Positions 13,085-25,096 are shown, numbered from the stretch's first letter. The stretch is DNA of 64,000 nt from Basidiobolus meristosporus CBS 931.73 (GCA_002104905.1 MCFE01000273.1:41927-105926); one strand, 5' to 3'. A program made the numbers and translations. The notes: a model not told the origin generated them from the sequence alone.

Positions 13085-13610
13085 TGCAATGATCACATGA
13101 TATCCCTGGTCTCCAATTATCTAGCCATATCAAGTTGGTGAAGAAATCCCAGTTCTGTCTAGAAATTTCTACTACATTCTAGCAGCTTCTTGAAAGCTCC
13201 AAGTCAATGTTACACAATGGAACATTCTATGGACGCTTCCCATTTGAGCTTATGTATTCCTAAGCCATTTATGGTACTACATGTCACATGACCTAGACAC
13301 ATGATCTGCTTATCCCTGACATATCTCCATGTGATATTCCAGTCTGTTCTTTAGTATATTCTATCTTGGCACACTTACTGTGCCTCACCCCAGTACCCCA
13401 TCAGTATTAGCCAATATCTCTTGTCATTCATATTGCCAAAAAGCATATATAGTCCTATCACCCCTTATGTATTCCTCAGTCTGATAAACACGGTCTTGAA
13501 TAAACAGCCTTGCCTTGGAAACATGCCTTGCCTTGTTGATCCACACCTGAGTCCTTTCCTGGTCCTGCCCTGCCTAGCCCTACTCTCCTGCCTTGTGTCT
13601 ATTCCTAACA
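13085..13610 (+). repeat. Solo LTR, family C (copy 2), inside Tnp2
   Basis: TG...CA; TSD ATTAT (13080-13084, 13611-13615); homologous to 1821-2349. Removing it restores the frame KVHIIICIGDTPP. Confidence 0.93.
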
Positions 13611-15443
13611 ATTATCTGCATTGGAGATACCCCACCCATTAGCAAGATAGCAGGTTTTTCCGGGCACAATGGATGGTATTGCTGTCAAATGTGTGAGATC
13701 CAGGGGATTTACTCCATAACTCACACACATTATTATTTCCCAAATGCCAGCACTAAGAACATCATCCTTCCACAGTGAAAACATACAGAAGTAAGCATGA
13801 AATTGTAGCAAAGTTGGCAAGCTATAAGCCATTGGCCAGAATATGGAATCAATCAGAAACTGGAGATATTTAGGATAGAGGGTATCAATTGGAGCTAAAG
13901 TTTTCCACTGGGAGCCATGCATTTGCTTTTCAACAAAACCCCTATACTGATGGACAAGTTGTACATGTGGTATCTCAAGCTAAATGAGCCCTTTGAGATA
14001 CTGGCAAAATATGAAAGAATTGGCAAGATATTACTGAGTATCTGCTACCCTAAGTACTTCTCACTAGATCCAATCAATATTCATATGCATATGCCACCAT
14101 ATAAATGGAAAGACTGGATGAACTTGATTTATTTTTATTTAAGTGGCATTCTGAAGCAATTCCTACCAAGAGTACATTGGGGGCATTGGGAGTCATATTT
14201 GGACATTGTAGGAACATTATCCAGAACTGGATCACCAATGCCAACTTGATGCATCTACAGCTGTTGTGTTATGAGTTTGTGATGGGATTTGAGTGGCTAT
14301 ACTACAAACATAAAGCTGAATACCTAGATCTCTGCCGCTACTGTATCCATTCACTACTCCATCTTCCATGGTGTTTGGAGAATATTGGGCCTTGCTTTGC
14401 CTTTTGGGGGTTTTCTATGCAGCAGATGTGTGGGGAGATAGGAAGACAAGTCAAGTTGCAGGTACAACCATATCCCAGTCTCATCAAGTATATTACCTTC
14501 AAGTCTGTCATGGATGTGATGAGTTGGCACATGGAGGACAGCCAGGATGAGTTGGGAAATACTGAGGACAAATGTGCACATGGAGACACCTATGCCTATG
14601 GCAGTAAGAAGCTAAGCAGCCCCAATGTGTGGGTAATCAGTTAAATAATGCAAAGCTGGGTTGGGTGCAACAAGCAACTAATCTTTATTAGGAAAGCTCT
14701 ACCAAGGTATGCTGGATTTCTCTTAGTCACAAGCCAACTTCTACACCATTCAATATGGAACTCACACAAACAAGAGCCAGAGGGCACCTATAAGGGGGAC
14801 TAGAATCCAGCAGGGAGAAGGAATATATTGGCTAAGTACCAAGAAGTTCTTTGCAAATATTGAGGAGGTATTCATGGTAGAAGTGGCGGCAACCAAGTAT
14901 ATGTTTGCAAGATGTGTATGTTACAAGCAGTACAAGGTATATGGCAACTTTGCAAGTATCACACTAAAAAGCTATAAAGTTGATGTAATAAAAGTATGTC
15001 AACTGCAGAAGGTGTGCACATTTGTAGAGGTTAGTAAGCAGGAGGCCATAGTTTTTTCTCATTCAAACTATATGTGGAATACCCAAGGTAGTAGTGGGTA
15101 AGCAAATAAAGAGGGGTGATTCTACAGTGGAATATATGATTTGCACAAAGGGAGGTAGAAAAAGGAAATACCATTTGGTAAATTGGTATGGTAGTATTTT
15201 ACAGAACCAGCTGTAGGCTGCCATACTTTAGATATGATGCCATCAGAGTTTTGCTGTGAGGCCATTGAAATACCATCAAGTTTCTTGCAATATAAGGCAA
15301 TTGGATGTTCTGGCTGGTTAGCTCCATTTAATATAGTTGTAGAGAGCAATAAGACCTCAACAATACCATGCAAATATTGTCACAGCACCAATAAAATATT
15401 GTCAAGTTTTATCCCTTTATTTGGTGGTTAAATTGGCAAAACA

Positions 15444-17244
15444 TTATTGTGATCCCATCATAAGATTGTTAAGAGGGTCACTAATTCCAAGCTGCTGGTA
15501 TTTCAACAGTCTTTCAACAGGATTCTGATGGCTGATCCGGATTGGATTCACCTGTGGGACCAAATTATTTTTTGTAGGGTATGTTGTAGCCTTGTCTGTC
15601 AGTGGGATCTCCACTCTGTCAGCAATGGAAGATATGGAGGTTGTGGTAGACAAATTGTCCTTTTCTGCAAACTCATCTACCATGCGTGAGTGTAGCTTAA
15701 CTGGCTATGCTTTCAGCTCTTGTGAAAACTGCTGTTTTCTTGTAGGTAATCCTTCTTGGCTTTGCAGGGATTCAGTTGTTCCAGGCTTGCAATATTAATT
15801 AGCAAGAACTGCAGTTTTTTTTGCATGCTTCCCTGTCTCAGGCTTAGGTAGACATTTTTCCCTTGATTTTTTCATTTATTGCTGCCAGGTCTTTCACTGC
15901 TACTTTGTCTGAGTGCTTCATGTAATGAACTACATTTTCCTGTTGATAAATTCTGCTCTAATGTATTTGATTTGGCCTGCTTGTCCCTTACTTGCACTCT
16001 ACTGACAAATTGATGGTTCTTTACCGCTTGTTTTGAGCTTTCAGCTGTAGTTGTGACAGGCTCCTGAGAAAGCTACTGGTTTTTATCACTGCCAGGTCCT
16101 TCACTACTACTTTGACTGAGTGCTTCTTGAGTGGTACTCTGCTGTTTCCTTGATGAATGTTGTGCTGGTGCATCTGTGTCTGCCTGTTTGTTTCTTATTG
16201 GCACTCTTCCAGCTACCTGACATCTTTTTGATGCTTGTGTGGGGCTTTTGCACCAGCTTGTAACAAGCTCTTGAGGAAGTTACTGATTTTTAGCCATGGC
16301 ACCCTTGTCCTTCTGCCTTTGACAGTTTCTGCTATTCTCATGATACTATCCTAGCATACCAATGCTGGCCCATAACTCATTTGCTTGCTTGAGTCCAGGA
16401 TAATGCTCATGGATCAAGTCAAGCACATTCTGCTTGGCCTTGAGTTGCTGATGGTCCCATGGTATGCCAGCCCTGAGGTGATGGTGTGCTAGACTTCTGA
16501 TGGCCTTTTGAATATTGGCCCACTCTTCATTTTCGAACTCAATGGCTTCACTGATCTTCAATGTCTTTTGATTTTTCAGCTTTGGTATAAGCGCCACATT
16601 GTCACCCTCCCATACGGTGATAGGTCTTTTGGTGGGCTTTATCTTTGGGCACTGTTGTTGTGCTTGAATGACTGTACAGTGTAATTCTGCTGTTACATTG
16701 GAAATGGCTCAATTCTTGGCAGTAACATTCAGCTACTTGAGTTCCTTCTTTGCAGCACAGATATTGCTTTCTCTACCTGGGATATTGATTCCTCTACACA
16801 TAGTATCTGCTCATCCAGTTTCTGGACTATTTACTGACTTCTCTGGGCCATTGCATCTATCCTATCAGCCACTGCACCTAATTGCCTCTTTGATGCTTTG
16901 GCTTGAGCTGACAACATACTTGCTAATATGGATGGTTATGATGTCATGACAGCCACTTGCTAGTCTTCAACATAAGGTACTGCATTTTCTACACCCTCAT
17001 CTGCCAGAGCATAACAGTCAGCTTGCAGCTCTGCAGAGGATCTCAATTGCCTACTTGACTGAGAGCCTGAGCAGTCTACATTAATCCCTTCAGTGGGCAC
17101 ACTGCCAACATGGCCTTTTTTGGATGTTGCCCTGCTTGTTGCACTGAATGTGCAAGCAAGCTGTTGTCCATCCATTCTTCTACTGCTGTAAGTTGTGAGG
17201 CTTTGTTGAGAACCAGATGGCTTTGCTTTATTTTTTGGCAGCAT
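15444..17244 (-). pseudogene. Accessory ORF (ORF-L, copy 2) of the CACTA/Tnp2 unit
   Basis: ATG at 17244 (MLPKNKAKPSGSQ). Collinear with 614-1752. Fragment ORFs 16960-17244, 16346-16597, 15444-15683. Ends 12 bp from the Tnp2 stop, convergent. Confidence 0.7.
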
Positions 17245-17485
17245 ATTTATGGAAGTGAGTCAAACCAAAGGAGAAATAGTGTCACATATACATGTGAATA
17301 TGGTGCCACAACTTTATTTATAATGCTTACTATTGCAGGTAATCATTGAATCTTACATTCATGATGGTGCAATGTCTCAAATACAAGACTGTCTTAAATT
17401 CAATGCAAGTATTGACCAAAAGGTGATGTAGTAGCTTTAGACTTGTTCCATTGGATAGTGCCACATAGTGCTTTCCTTGCTTTAT

Positions 17486-18370
17486 TTACTCTTCATAATG
17501 CTCCAGACACATTTCTCTCAGTGGATGTCTTCTTGTATGAACATACTGTGCATTAATAAGTATCTTAACTATTTTACCTATTCTGCTGTTTTCTCCTATA
17601 TATGACTTTCCTCTGTATTTACCTGCCAATATGCTGAATCTCTTCAGATATCCAAATGTGTGCTCTACCCTCACTCTGAAATGATTAAATATCTCATTGT
17701 AGAGCTTCTGCTTCCTGCTAAGCACACCATTCCTTGGCTTCCTATAAGCGGTAATACATCCTGATCTCTGACAATCCTCTCCTATATAGGCTAAGTCTGC
17801 CATACATTTCTCCCCTCTACTGAATTCAGGATGATTCTCTACCCAGAGTGCTTTGTCATGCCTACTTCCAGCAAATGGCCCACTAAACCAGATGAAGTTA
17901 CCCTCAATGTCAGACAGTGCTTGAAACTTCACACAGTGTGCCTTGTACTTGCCAGAATAAAAGTGCCTCTGCCCTCTAGAAGGTCTGTTAATCCTCACTG
18001 GGAAGGTATCCAAAATACTCCTGATATGGAACCTGTTGCTGAACACTCTGGGATATGGAAGTCTATTGGAGCTTCTGAACCTAGTATTCCAAGCTTGCTC
18101 TAAGTCATTCATACCCTCTGCAAGGTGGTTCTCCATTGCTGTCAGCTGGGAATGAAAGCTTCTAGGACTTTTGTTGCCATGGATGGTGGGATGAAACCTT
18201 GTAGGGCAATAGTTCTTGTAATAGCAGAAAAGCTTAACAAGGGATCTCCTTGAGTAGATTGGGGTTGATGGTCCACAGTACTTGGAATAGATCTCCTCTA
18301 GTGTGTCAAAAGGAAATCCAGTGGTAGTGATGGGATTGATGAGAAAAGACCATTCAAATGAGTAAGTCAT
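17486..18370 (-). CDS. Harbinger (DDE_Tnp_4-like) transposase, open 294-aa frame
   Basis: ILDTFPV (D), YSGKYKAHCVKFQ, GSRHD, MADLAYIG (D), YNEIFNHFRVRVEHTFGYLKRFSIL (E). Confidence 0.9.
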   Translation of the reverse strand: MTYSFEWSFLINPITTTGFPFDTLEEIYSKYCGPSTPIYSRRSLVKLFCYYKNYCPTRFHPTIHGNKSPRSFHSQLTAMENHLAEGMNDLEQAWNTRFRSSNRLPYPRVFSNRFHIRSILDTFPVRINRPSRGQRHFYSGKYKAHCVKFQALSDIEGNFIWFSGPFAGSRHDKALWVENHPEFSRGEKCMADLAYIGEDCQRSGCITAYRKPRNGVLSRKQKLYNEIFNHFRVRVEHTFGYLKRFSILAGKYRGKSYIGENSRIGKIVKILINAQYVHTRRHPLREMCLEHYEE

Positions 18371-18729
18371 ATTAATATTGATGGATGATTGTATGGAGGT
18401 GGTTTGAATTGATTCGGCGCAATCTGCGTTATTTATCTGATTTTTAATACATTATGGTTAAATCTCCATCAATTGCCATGTATCCCAGCATTATGTTGCA
18501 AAAATCATCCGCAAACAATGGCTTGCTACTTTTATTGATGCTTTAATCATAGGTCTATAATCAAATAGGAAATCTGCAATTAATGTGATCTGATCCATGT
18601 CAACACAATCCAAGATGCATCATGCATACTATATGGAAAATTCAACAATCACATTAGTTTTCATATATATTTCATATAAGACCAGGTTGATGCCAATATA
18701 CTGCTGTATAAGTATTCAAATCCGTTGCT

Positions 18730-19992
18730 ATGGTCCCCCTACCAAGCCTCAACTCATCTTTAGTACAACCCAGACAAAACCCATCCCCCAGCTCACAAGC
18801 ACGGTCTGGACTGGAAAAGTCAATGTTGGATCCGTTTGAGTTCTTGCCAAATGATTTTAGTATGGCCCATGTGTCTATGATGAGCCTTCATACAGATATT
18901 TGGGCACTACTGATTGGTCTAGCAGAACTAGATACCTCAGAGAGTTGACAAAGATGGCAGAATTTGAGTAGAAAGCTGTGGCATGAGTTCTACATCAAGA
19001 TGCCAGCCAATGTATGTAAAAAGAAATATAACAAGACAAGTATTGAAATCAAGAATGAGCTGTGAGTGAGGGGATTTGACAAAGAAGCCATGTGGGAACA
19101 ATTTTGCGTGCAATTTGCACAGTACGGGCCAGACGTGTCCATTTGTGCCTCAACTTTGGGAACCAAAGAGATTTTGAATGAGTTTTTGCCTCATATGACT
19201 AATGTACTACATGATATATTAGTAGAGCTAAGTGGCTTCCAAGAGCAATATTCACAGGACTCATCCAGGCAACAGCTCCAAAGTATCAGACAGAGGTTAA
19301 GTGAATACCTTCAGGAATCAGATGGTGAGCTTCAGGAGGAAGAATACAGACCGCAAGCAACATTGTCCAGATCACACCAGCACGCCTTGCTGGATTCCCT
19401 ACCATCTCTTGCAACCACAGCGCGCCGGTGCACGTCAGTCCAGACCACACCAACACCCTTTACCAGAGCGCCCCGCATTGAGTCAACGCGCATCAAGTCA
19501 ACGTGCATTGGGTCAATGCATGCGCTTCAGAGCAAAACTACAAGAACTTGCCAAACTGCTCATTCAGACACATGTCCATTGGAGCGGACCAGGTTGTGTC
19601 AACATGCAGCATCACATTGAACTCAGCCAAGGGCCATCTCAATGCGTCAAGGCGCGCCTGCGCGTGCTGTTTTGCCTGACCATCAGCGAGTTACTTCTGG
19701 TGAACTGACTGATGATGACCCACATGAAGTGCCTCAACCACCGGAGCCCTTGGCAAGTAAAAGAACGCATCAGCGCGTGGCACTACAGGCCGGTTCAGTT
19801 GGTTCAGTTGGAGCAATTCAGTGCAGCCAAGCTGCAGCATTGCACTCATCAACTAGGAGGCAAAATACTGACTACGAATACACAAGTAGCCAAGATGATA
19901 GTCAGCCAGGAAGTAGTATAGGTGTGCAAAGTGAGTCACTACCAAATGCTTCAGTAGTAATCCCTGTGAGAAAAAAACCCAGGAGAAGATGA
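18730..19992 (+). pseudogene. Harbinger accessory Myb/SANT-like DNA-binding protein (~420 codons) with three in-frame TGA stops
   Basis: ORFs 18730, 19066 and 19642 share one frame; stops are TGA at 18946, 19063 and 19618. Trihelix-like RWQNLSRKLWHEF..CKKKYN. Basic C-terminus RKKPRRR. Confidence 0.65.
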
Positions 19993-20722
19993 TGCAATTG
20001 CTTTGAATTGCTCACATTTGTAATGATCCCAACAACCCTTTTTTTTTGCGATCCAAATTGAGCCATTGCAAATCAGTGATCATCAAATTTTTGATATAAG
20101 TAATATCAAGGTTGTCTCACATTTGAGACAGAACCCCTATAAATAAACACCCTGCATATATATACATCATCTGTAATACCAGTGCAGCTATTGGATCTGT
20201 TTCACACCTACACAATTGCTTGCGTGCTGCTATGACACCTTGTCCAATCATTCGGATCAGGGATTTACTTGCTCAATGGGCAAAATGGGATATTTGATGG
20301 CAAATCAGGTAGCTTTTTCAGTAGTCAATGAGCCAATTGGGGGCTGCCAGCTTCAGGATACTTTTGGACCAATTAACCACTGAGATACCGTCCAATTGGA
20401 GTGAGGGTAACCAAAATGGTAAGTATCAGTGTAGTTTATATTGTGATACACATTTATTTCCATTTACATTAAAGAAACATATCTAAATACCGGATTTTAC
20501 CTGCCATAATAGCGGTATCCAATTGCGCACGTGATGCAAACATTACAAGTTGGCACAATCATCCATGCCAACCTCATTGTGTCAGATTGTGCCATAGTGT
20601 TCAAGATTGTCCCGCATAGTGCAAAATTGTCCAAGAACAATCCTGCCTTCTGGTAGCTATAATATTGCGCCAGATTGCTCTTTACACTGCGCACCCTGGC
20701 ACGGTACAATAGAAAAAGTCTA

Positions 20723-23178
20723 ATATCAATGTGATGTATTTAAACTTGGTTACAGGTGCAAAGGTCTCAGTACAGTCAAGTCCTTTTGTTTGACAGTATC
20801 TTATGGCCACAAGTCTTGCTTTGTATCTTTCAATTGAACCATCAGCCTTGTATTTTGTCTTCAAGACCCATCTGCATCCAATTGATTTTTGGTTGATTAG
20901 TAATTTGACTAAGTCACAAATTTGATTTTCCAGCAGGGCCTGATATTCATCAGTAATTGCAGATCTCCAAAACTTTGTCTGAAGGCTATTAAGGCCTCTT
21001 TGCAGTCTGGGGCTCATCAATATGGACTGAATAGGCAGAGTCTAAGTTTGTACCCCCATTGATATAGTAATTTGGGTTATTTCTTGTTCAATCAGATCTC
21101 CTGGCATTTGATACTAGAATGATCACATCTGGGATATTCCTGGCCACTGATTCTGGCTGAACCATGGTTGTAGAGTCCTCTGGCATGAAGAAACTCACAA
21201 TGTTTTGCTCTGATTCAATCCTGACAATTGGTGGACTTGAGATCAGATTTTTGTCATCATACAATGTCTTTTTTTGTGAAAATTTTGAATTTTCATCAAA
21301 CAACACATCCCTGGACTTGATTAGCTTCTTTGCTGTAGTATTGTAGAGTCTGTATGCTTTAATCTCATTGCAGTAGCCCAAAAATATGAATTTTACACTT
21401 TTTGGCTCAGATTTTGACTGATTTCTGGGCAGTTTCTTGGCATATGCTGTACACCCAAATATTCTTAGATGTTCTGCACTGGGTCTGTACCCATACCATG
21501 CTTCAAATGGAGTAGAAACACAAAGTATTCTGCTTTAACTCCTACTTTTAAGGTATACAGCATTGGCAAATGATTCTGCCCAAAAATCATAGGATAATTT
21601 TTGATCATGAATCATAGATCTTGGCATATCAATTAATGATCTATCAGCACATTCTGCTACTCTGTTTTGCTGTGTGGAGTGTGGTACAGTAGTCTCTTGC
21701 TTTATCCCATGAATTTTGCAGAAGTGGATGAAGAGTTTTGAGGTATGTTCTCCACCATTGTCAGAGTGTATTTTCTTGATTTTTTCACTGGTTTCTGCCT
21801 CCACCATAGCTTTAAGCTCCCTGAGCTTAGACAGAGCATCTTTCTTTCTCTCCATGAAGTAGACCCATGCATATTGTATGATCATCAATAAAGGTGATTA
21901 AATACTTCATCCTGCCTAACAATAAATTTTGTATAGGTCCACACAGATCTGGGTGAATAAGATCTAATTTTTTCTTGGTTTTGATTAGCCCAGAGCTCTT
22001 GAACGGTTGTCTGGCTTGTTTCCCATATATGCAGGCTTCACAGTGTTCCAAATTAGCTGAGAGATCAATTTTTACTCCAGAAATTAGCTGATCTTTTATC
22101 ATTTTGCGCAAACAATCAAAATTGATGTGCCCAAATTTCCTGTGCCAAAGCATTGGTATTTCTTCATTTAAGCTACTTATATTGGCTTCCAGATATGATG
22201 GAATATAAGTTGACTTGTATTGATTCTGATCTCTGATATTCAAAGCAATATGGGCACCATTTTGATCAGTGATGTTGCATCCAGAAATATCATAGCTGAA
22301 GCTGAGTCCTTCTGCTGTGGCCTTGCTTACAGAGAGTAGGTTCTTGGCTATTTCTGGTACATAGAGTACTTATTTAAAGGTCAGTGTATGGCTTCCTGCA
22401 CTGCTTCTAAGGCTTACTTGGATAGTTCCTTCTCCCACTGCATCAAGTGTTCTATTGTCACCCATGAAAACCTTCTTAATTGGAATTCCTTGATATTGGG
22501 TAAAAAGTTCTTTTTGGTGTGTAAAGTGCTGAGATGCTCCAGAGTCAATATACCATGTCTGAGAATCCTTGTTTGTGGTCATATTCAGAGCAGATATAAA
22601 TAGTCTAACTTCAGTTGTTGCAGCATTTCCATATTCAGGCTTCTTTCAGGCTTCTTCTCCTATATCTGTAGAAGAGCATTCCTCTCCCATTACAATATTG
22701 CAAAGGCCTCTTTCCTGTAGCAGCATCTTCATCTTCACCTTTCAGATTTGGTGTTTATATCCATATAACTTTGGAACAGTGGCAAAAATTCCAGTGATAG
22801 CTGTAGTGGCTATTGCAGAGAGTGACAGTTAGTGGCTCATAACCTGCTGTAGAAGTTGTGGGGATGTTGAAAATGCCTGAGGGAACAAGTAGACAATGTG
22901 ATTTCACTCAATGAATTACTGGGTATAAAAGTTGTATTTATGCTTGGCAAGACACACATGCAGTTATGTTTAGGAAGGCTTCAAGAACATGTGTGCAAAA
23001 CTTGGGCTGCTTGGACAACTTTGAGAATTCTTATGTTCTGAGTACCTGATGTTTTGGTGAAAATTTTCCAAGTGAATCCAAACAAGGAATTTGGTCAGTA
23101 TACTTTAGGATTTGTAGGTAATGACCTAAGCAACTAAATTGGGTGAGTATTTGGGTGGAATTATGTACCTTTACAGCA
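20723..23178 (-). mobile_element. 5' half of a Copia family B element (B2): LTR, PBS, deleted gag, PR, IN, start of RT
   Basis: LTR 22845-23178; PBS 22834-22844; collinear with B1 from ~5330 to 8375; ~0.6-kb internal gag deletion near 22650; truncated at the Harbinger end. Confidence 0.92.
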
Positions 23179-23184
23179 CTTTGT

Positions 23185-23532
23185 TCTTTTGAAAAGAGTT
23201 TGGAGAATCTAAATGTGATTGGAATTGCTAGTAACACACATGGTTATCCCTCACTGATGAGTTAAATGAAAAAGTAGTATTTTTTCTCTTGCACACTGTT
23301 GGCTTGACAAACATGTAAAATATGATCAGGAAGGTCCCATGAAAAGGTATGCAAAGCCTGGGGCAGATTGAACACCATTGAGACTTTTGCATATCCTCTA
23401 TGTCTGTTATCTTGGTAAAAAATTCCACATAATTTCTAGCAGGGAGTTTAGGCAGAATTCCCCAGGATTTGTAGATTGTAAGCAAAGTAACTTGGTAAGT
23501 AAATATCTTGGTGCAACTGTAAAATTTACATC
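23185..23532. repeat. Old, degenerate Copia-B-like LTR
   Basis: Retains LTR blocks GGAAGGTCCC..AAAG...GCAAAG, GGAATTT-like and AAATAT.T.GGTG..A....AAATTTACATCA. Confidence 0.65.
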
Positions 23533-24113
23533 ACTCACAGTTCAATATCTGATTGACACAATGAGATGTACAAAAGTGCAATAAAACTGGCCTGATTGAT
23601 AGGGTGGCATTACCTAGGTGTAGCAATTGGTCATAATACATTATGATAGATCCCAATGAAGAACCTCAAATTTGGAGTTCATTAGATTTTTAGCTGGTAT
23701 TCAGATGGTGTTTCTGCTTCAAACTTTGAGCTGCAGTATTTGATACATATAAAAGCTAATATTCAATTACATTTGTTTTCAAATGTATCCCATACAAGGC
23801 CAGGCTGATTTCAATACACCACTATATAAGCATAGAGTTCCATCAGCATGGTATATAACTTGTTGATCAGTAGAGAGCTCAATAGAGCCTAAGGGTATGC
23901 AACTGGTTTAGGTGTAAGCTGAGCATTTGCAACAACAACTTGGATGTTAAGCAAAAGACAACAACTGAGTGCCTAATTTTAATGAAGTTACTGAGAGAGT
24001 GTAGGGTTAAGACCAGTATTCATCAAGGGTGTAGGGGCTTGTAGAGGTCAGTAAAAAATGGCATTGGGAGGTTACAAGTTTCATCCAGATTGGAAATCAA
24101 CTCCCGTTAATGA

Positions 24114-24458
24114 TGTTGTAAGAGTTCTGGAGACATTGAAAGTGATTGGGAGAACAAGTAGAGTATCTTGTTATCATTTGGTGATTGATTGAATGTAAAG
24201 TGACATTGAGACTGTTACATAGTCTTGGCAAAATAAGCATGCACAATAGGTTTTGGAAGGTCCCAAGAACATGCGGCAAAACATGAGGGCCTTTAGACAA
24301 CCTACTGAACTTTCAAGTCCTGGGTACCTGATACCTGGGCAAAATATTCCGAGTAAATCCCGACAAAGAATTTAGGCAAGATATCCGAAGATTTATAGAC
24401 AATGATCTGAGTGACCAGGTTAATGAAATATTTAGGTGTAATTACGAAATTTACAACA
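24114..24458 (-). repeat. Solo LTR, Copia-B-like
   Basis: TGTTGTAAGAG...TTTACAACA with TSD AATGA on both sides. Confidence 0.92.
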
Positions 24459-25096
24459 AATGAGCTATAAATCCCAGTGATTTGTGGGGTATAAAAGCCA
24501 TCCTGACCCAGAAATTTCTACCAAGGACAGCATCCACTGGGTGTTCCAGACGTGAAAGTCTACCCCAACAGATCTCGCAAAAGCAGGTAATTGGCAGGAA
24601 GCAGATCCACTGCGCATGGGATCGGAGCGAACTTTTTGTTGGCTTGTATATGCAACTAGGTGAGATCATCTGGGAATGTTGAGTGACCATGGGCACCCAC
24701 CAAGAAAGTTCTCCAACTCCCTATCATCACATGCTGAAGGTCCGGATCCCTGTCACCGAACCAGAAAGATTCTCTGTTACATGAATTGCAGGTGCGCCAG
24801 TCAAAGCCACAAAGGAACGGGACCTCAACCGACCGCTACAACAGAAATTTACTGTTTACATATGGTGAGGGGAAAGGGATTCACATGGAAGCGCTAGCTA
24901 AGAACAGCCTAGTGTGGTGGTTCGGCATCGGTATTATGGCCCATTCACAGCGGCTTCACGACGATCCAAATGCACAAAAAGTTTCTAGGTGGATGGGGCG
25001 CGGGGTATGATGCGATAGACGGGATAGACTCATAAGCGGGGTGGATGGGGGACGGCGAATTGGGAAGTGAGGAGTTGGAGGTGGGAAAAGAATATG

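Larger units (their letters stand above)
2532..15431 (+). pseudogene. CACTA/En-Spm Tnp2-family (Transposase_21-like) transposase, interrupted by Copia A (2711-12080) and solo LTR C2 (13085-13610)
   Basis: N-terminal MP*EKRKVPCGYCGKSLSHEAHREH (CxxC..H). After removing the inserts it reads LALDGVSSDKHSTSKSCWPLILIYLDLPP...LDSYLYPLLDE, KVHIIICIGDTPPISKIAGFSGHNGWYCCQMCEIQG, EPMHLLFN and HSLLHLPWCLENIGPCFAFWGFSMQQMCG, all typical Tnp2 blocks. Multiple stops and frameshifts. Confidence 0.85.
17440..20720. mobile_element. PIF/Harbinger DNA transposon with two divergent ORFs
   Basis: Imperfect ~22-bp TIRs (left GACTTGTTCCATTGGATAGTGCC; right end GGCACGGTACAATAGAAAAAGTC). Flanked by TTA and TAA. Contains a DDE_Tnp_4-type ORF and a Myb/SANT-like ORF. 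Confidence 0.82.

Noticed and set aside
1821-13610. The two family-C LTRs as the ends of one 11.8-kb retroelement
   Set aside because: Each has its own distinct TSD, and the sequence between them is Tnp2 plus Copia A/B.
24480-25090. Several 60-90-aa ORFs downstream of the lipase
   Set aside because: No recognisable motifs, overlapping on both strands, and no splice pattern linking them.
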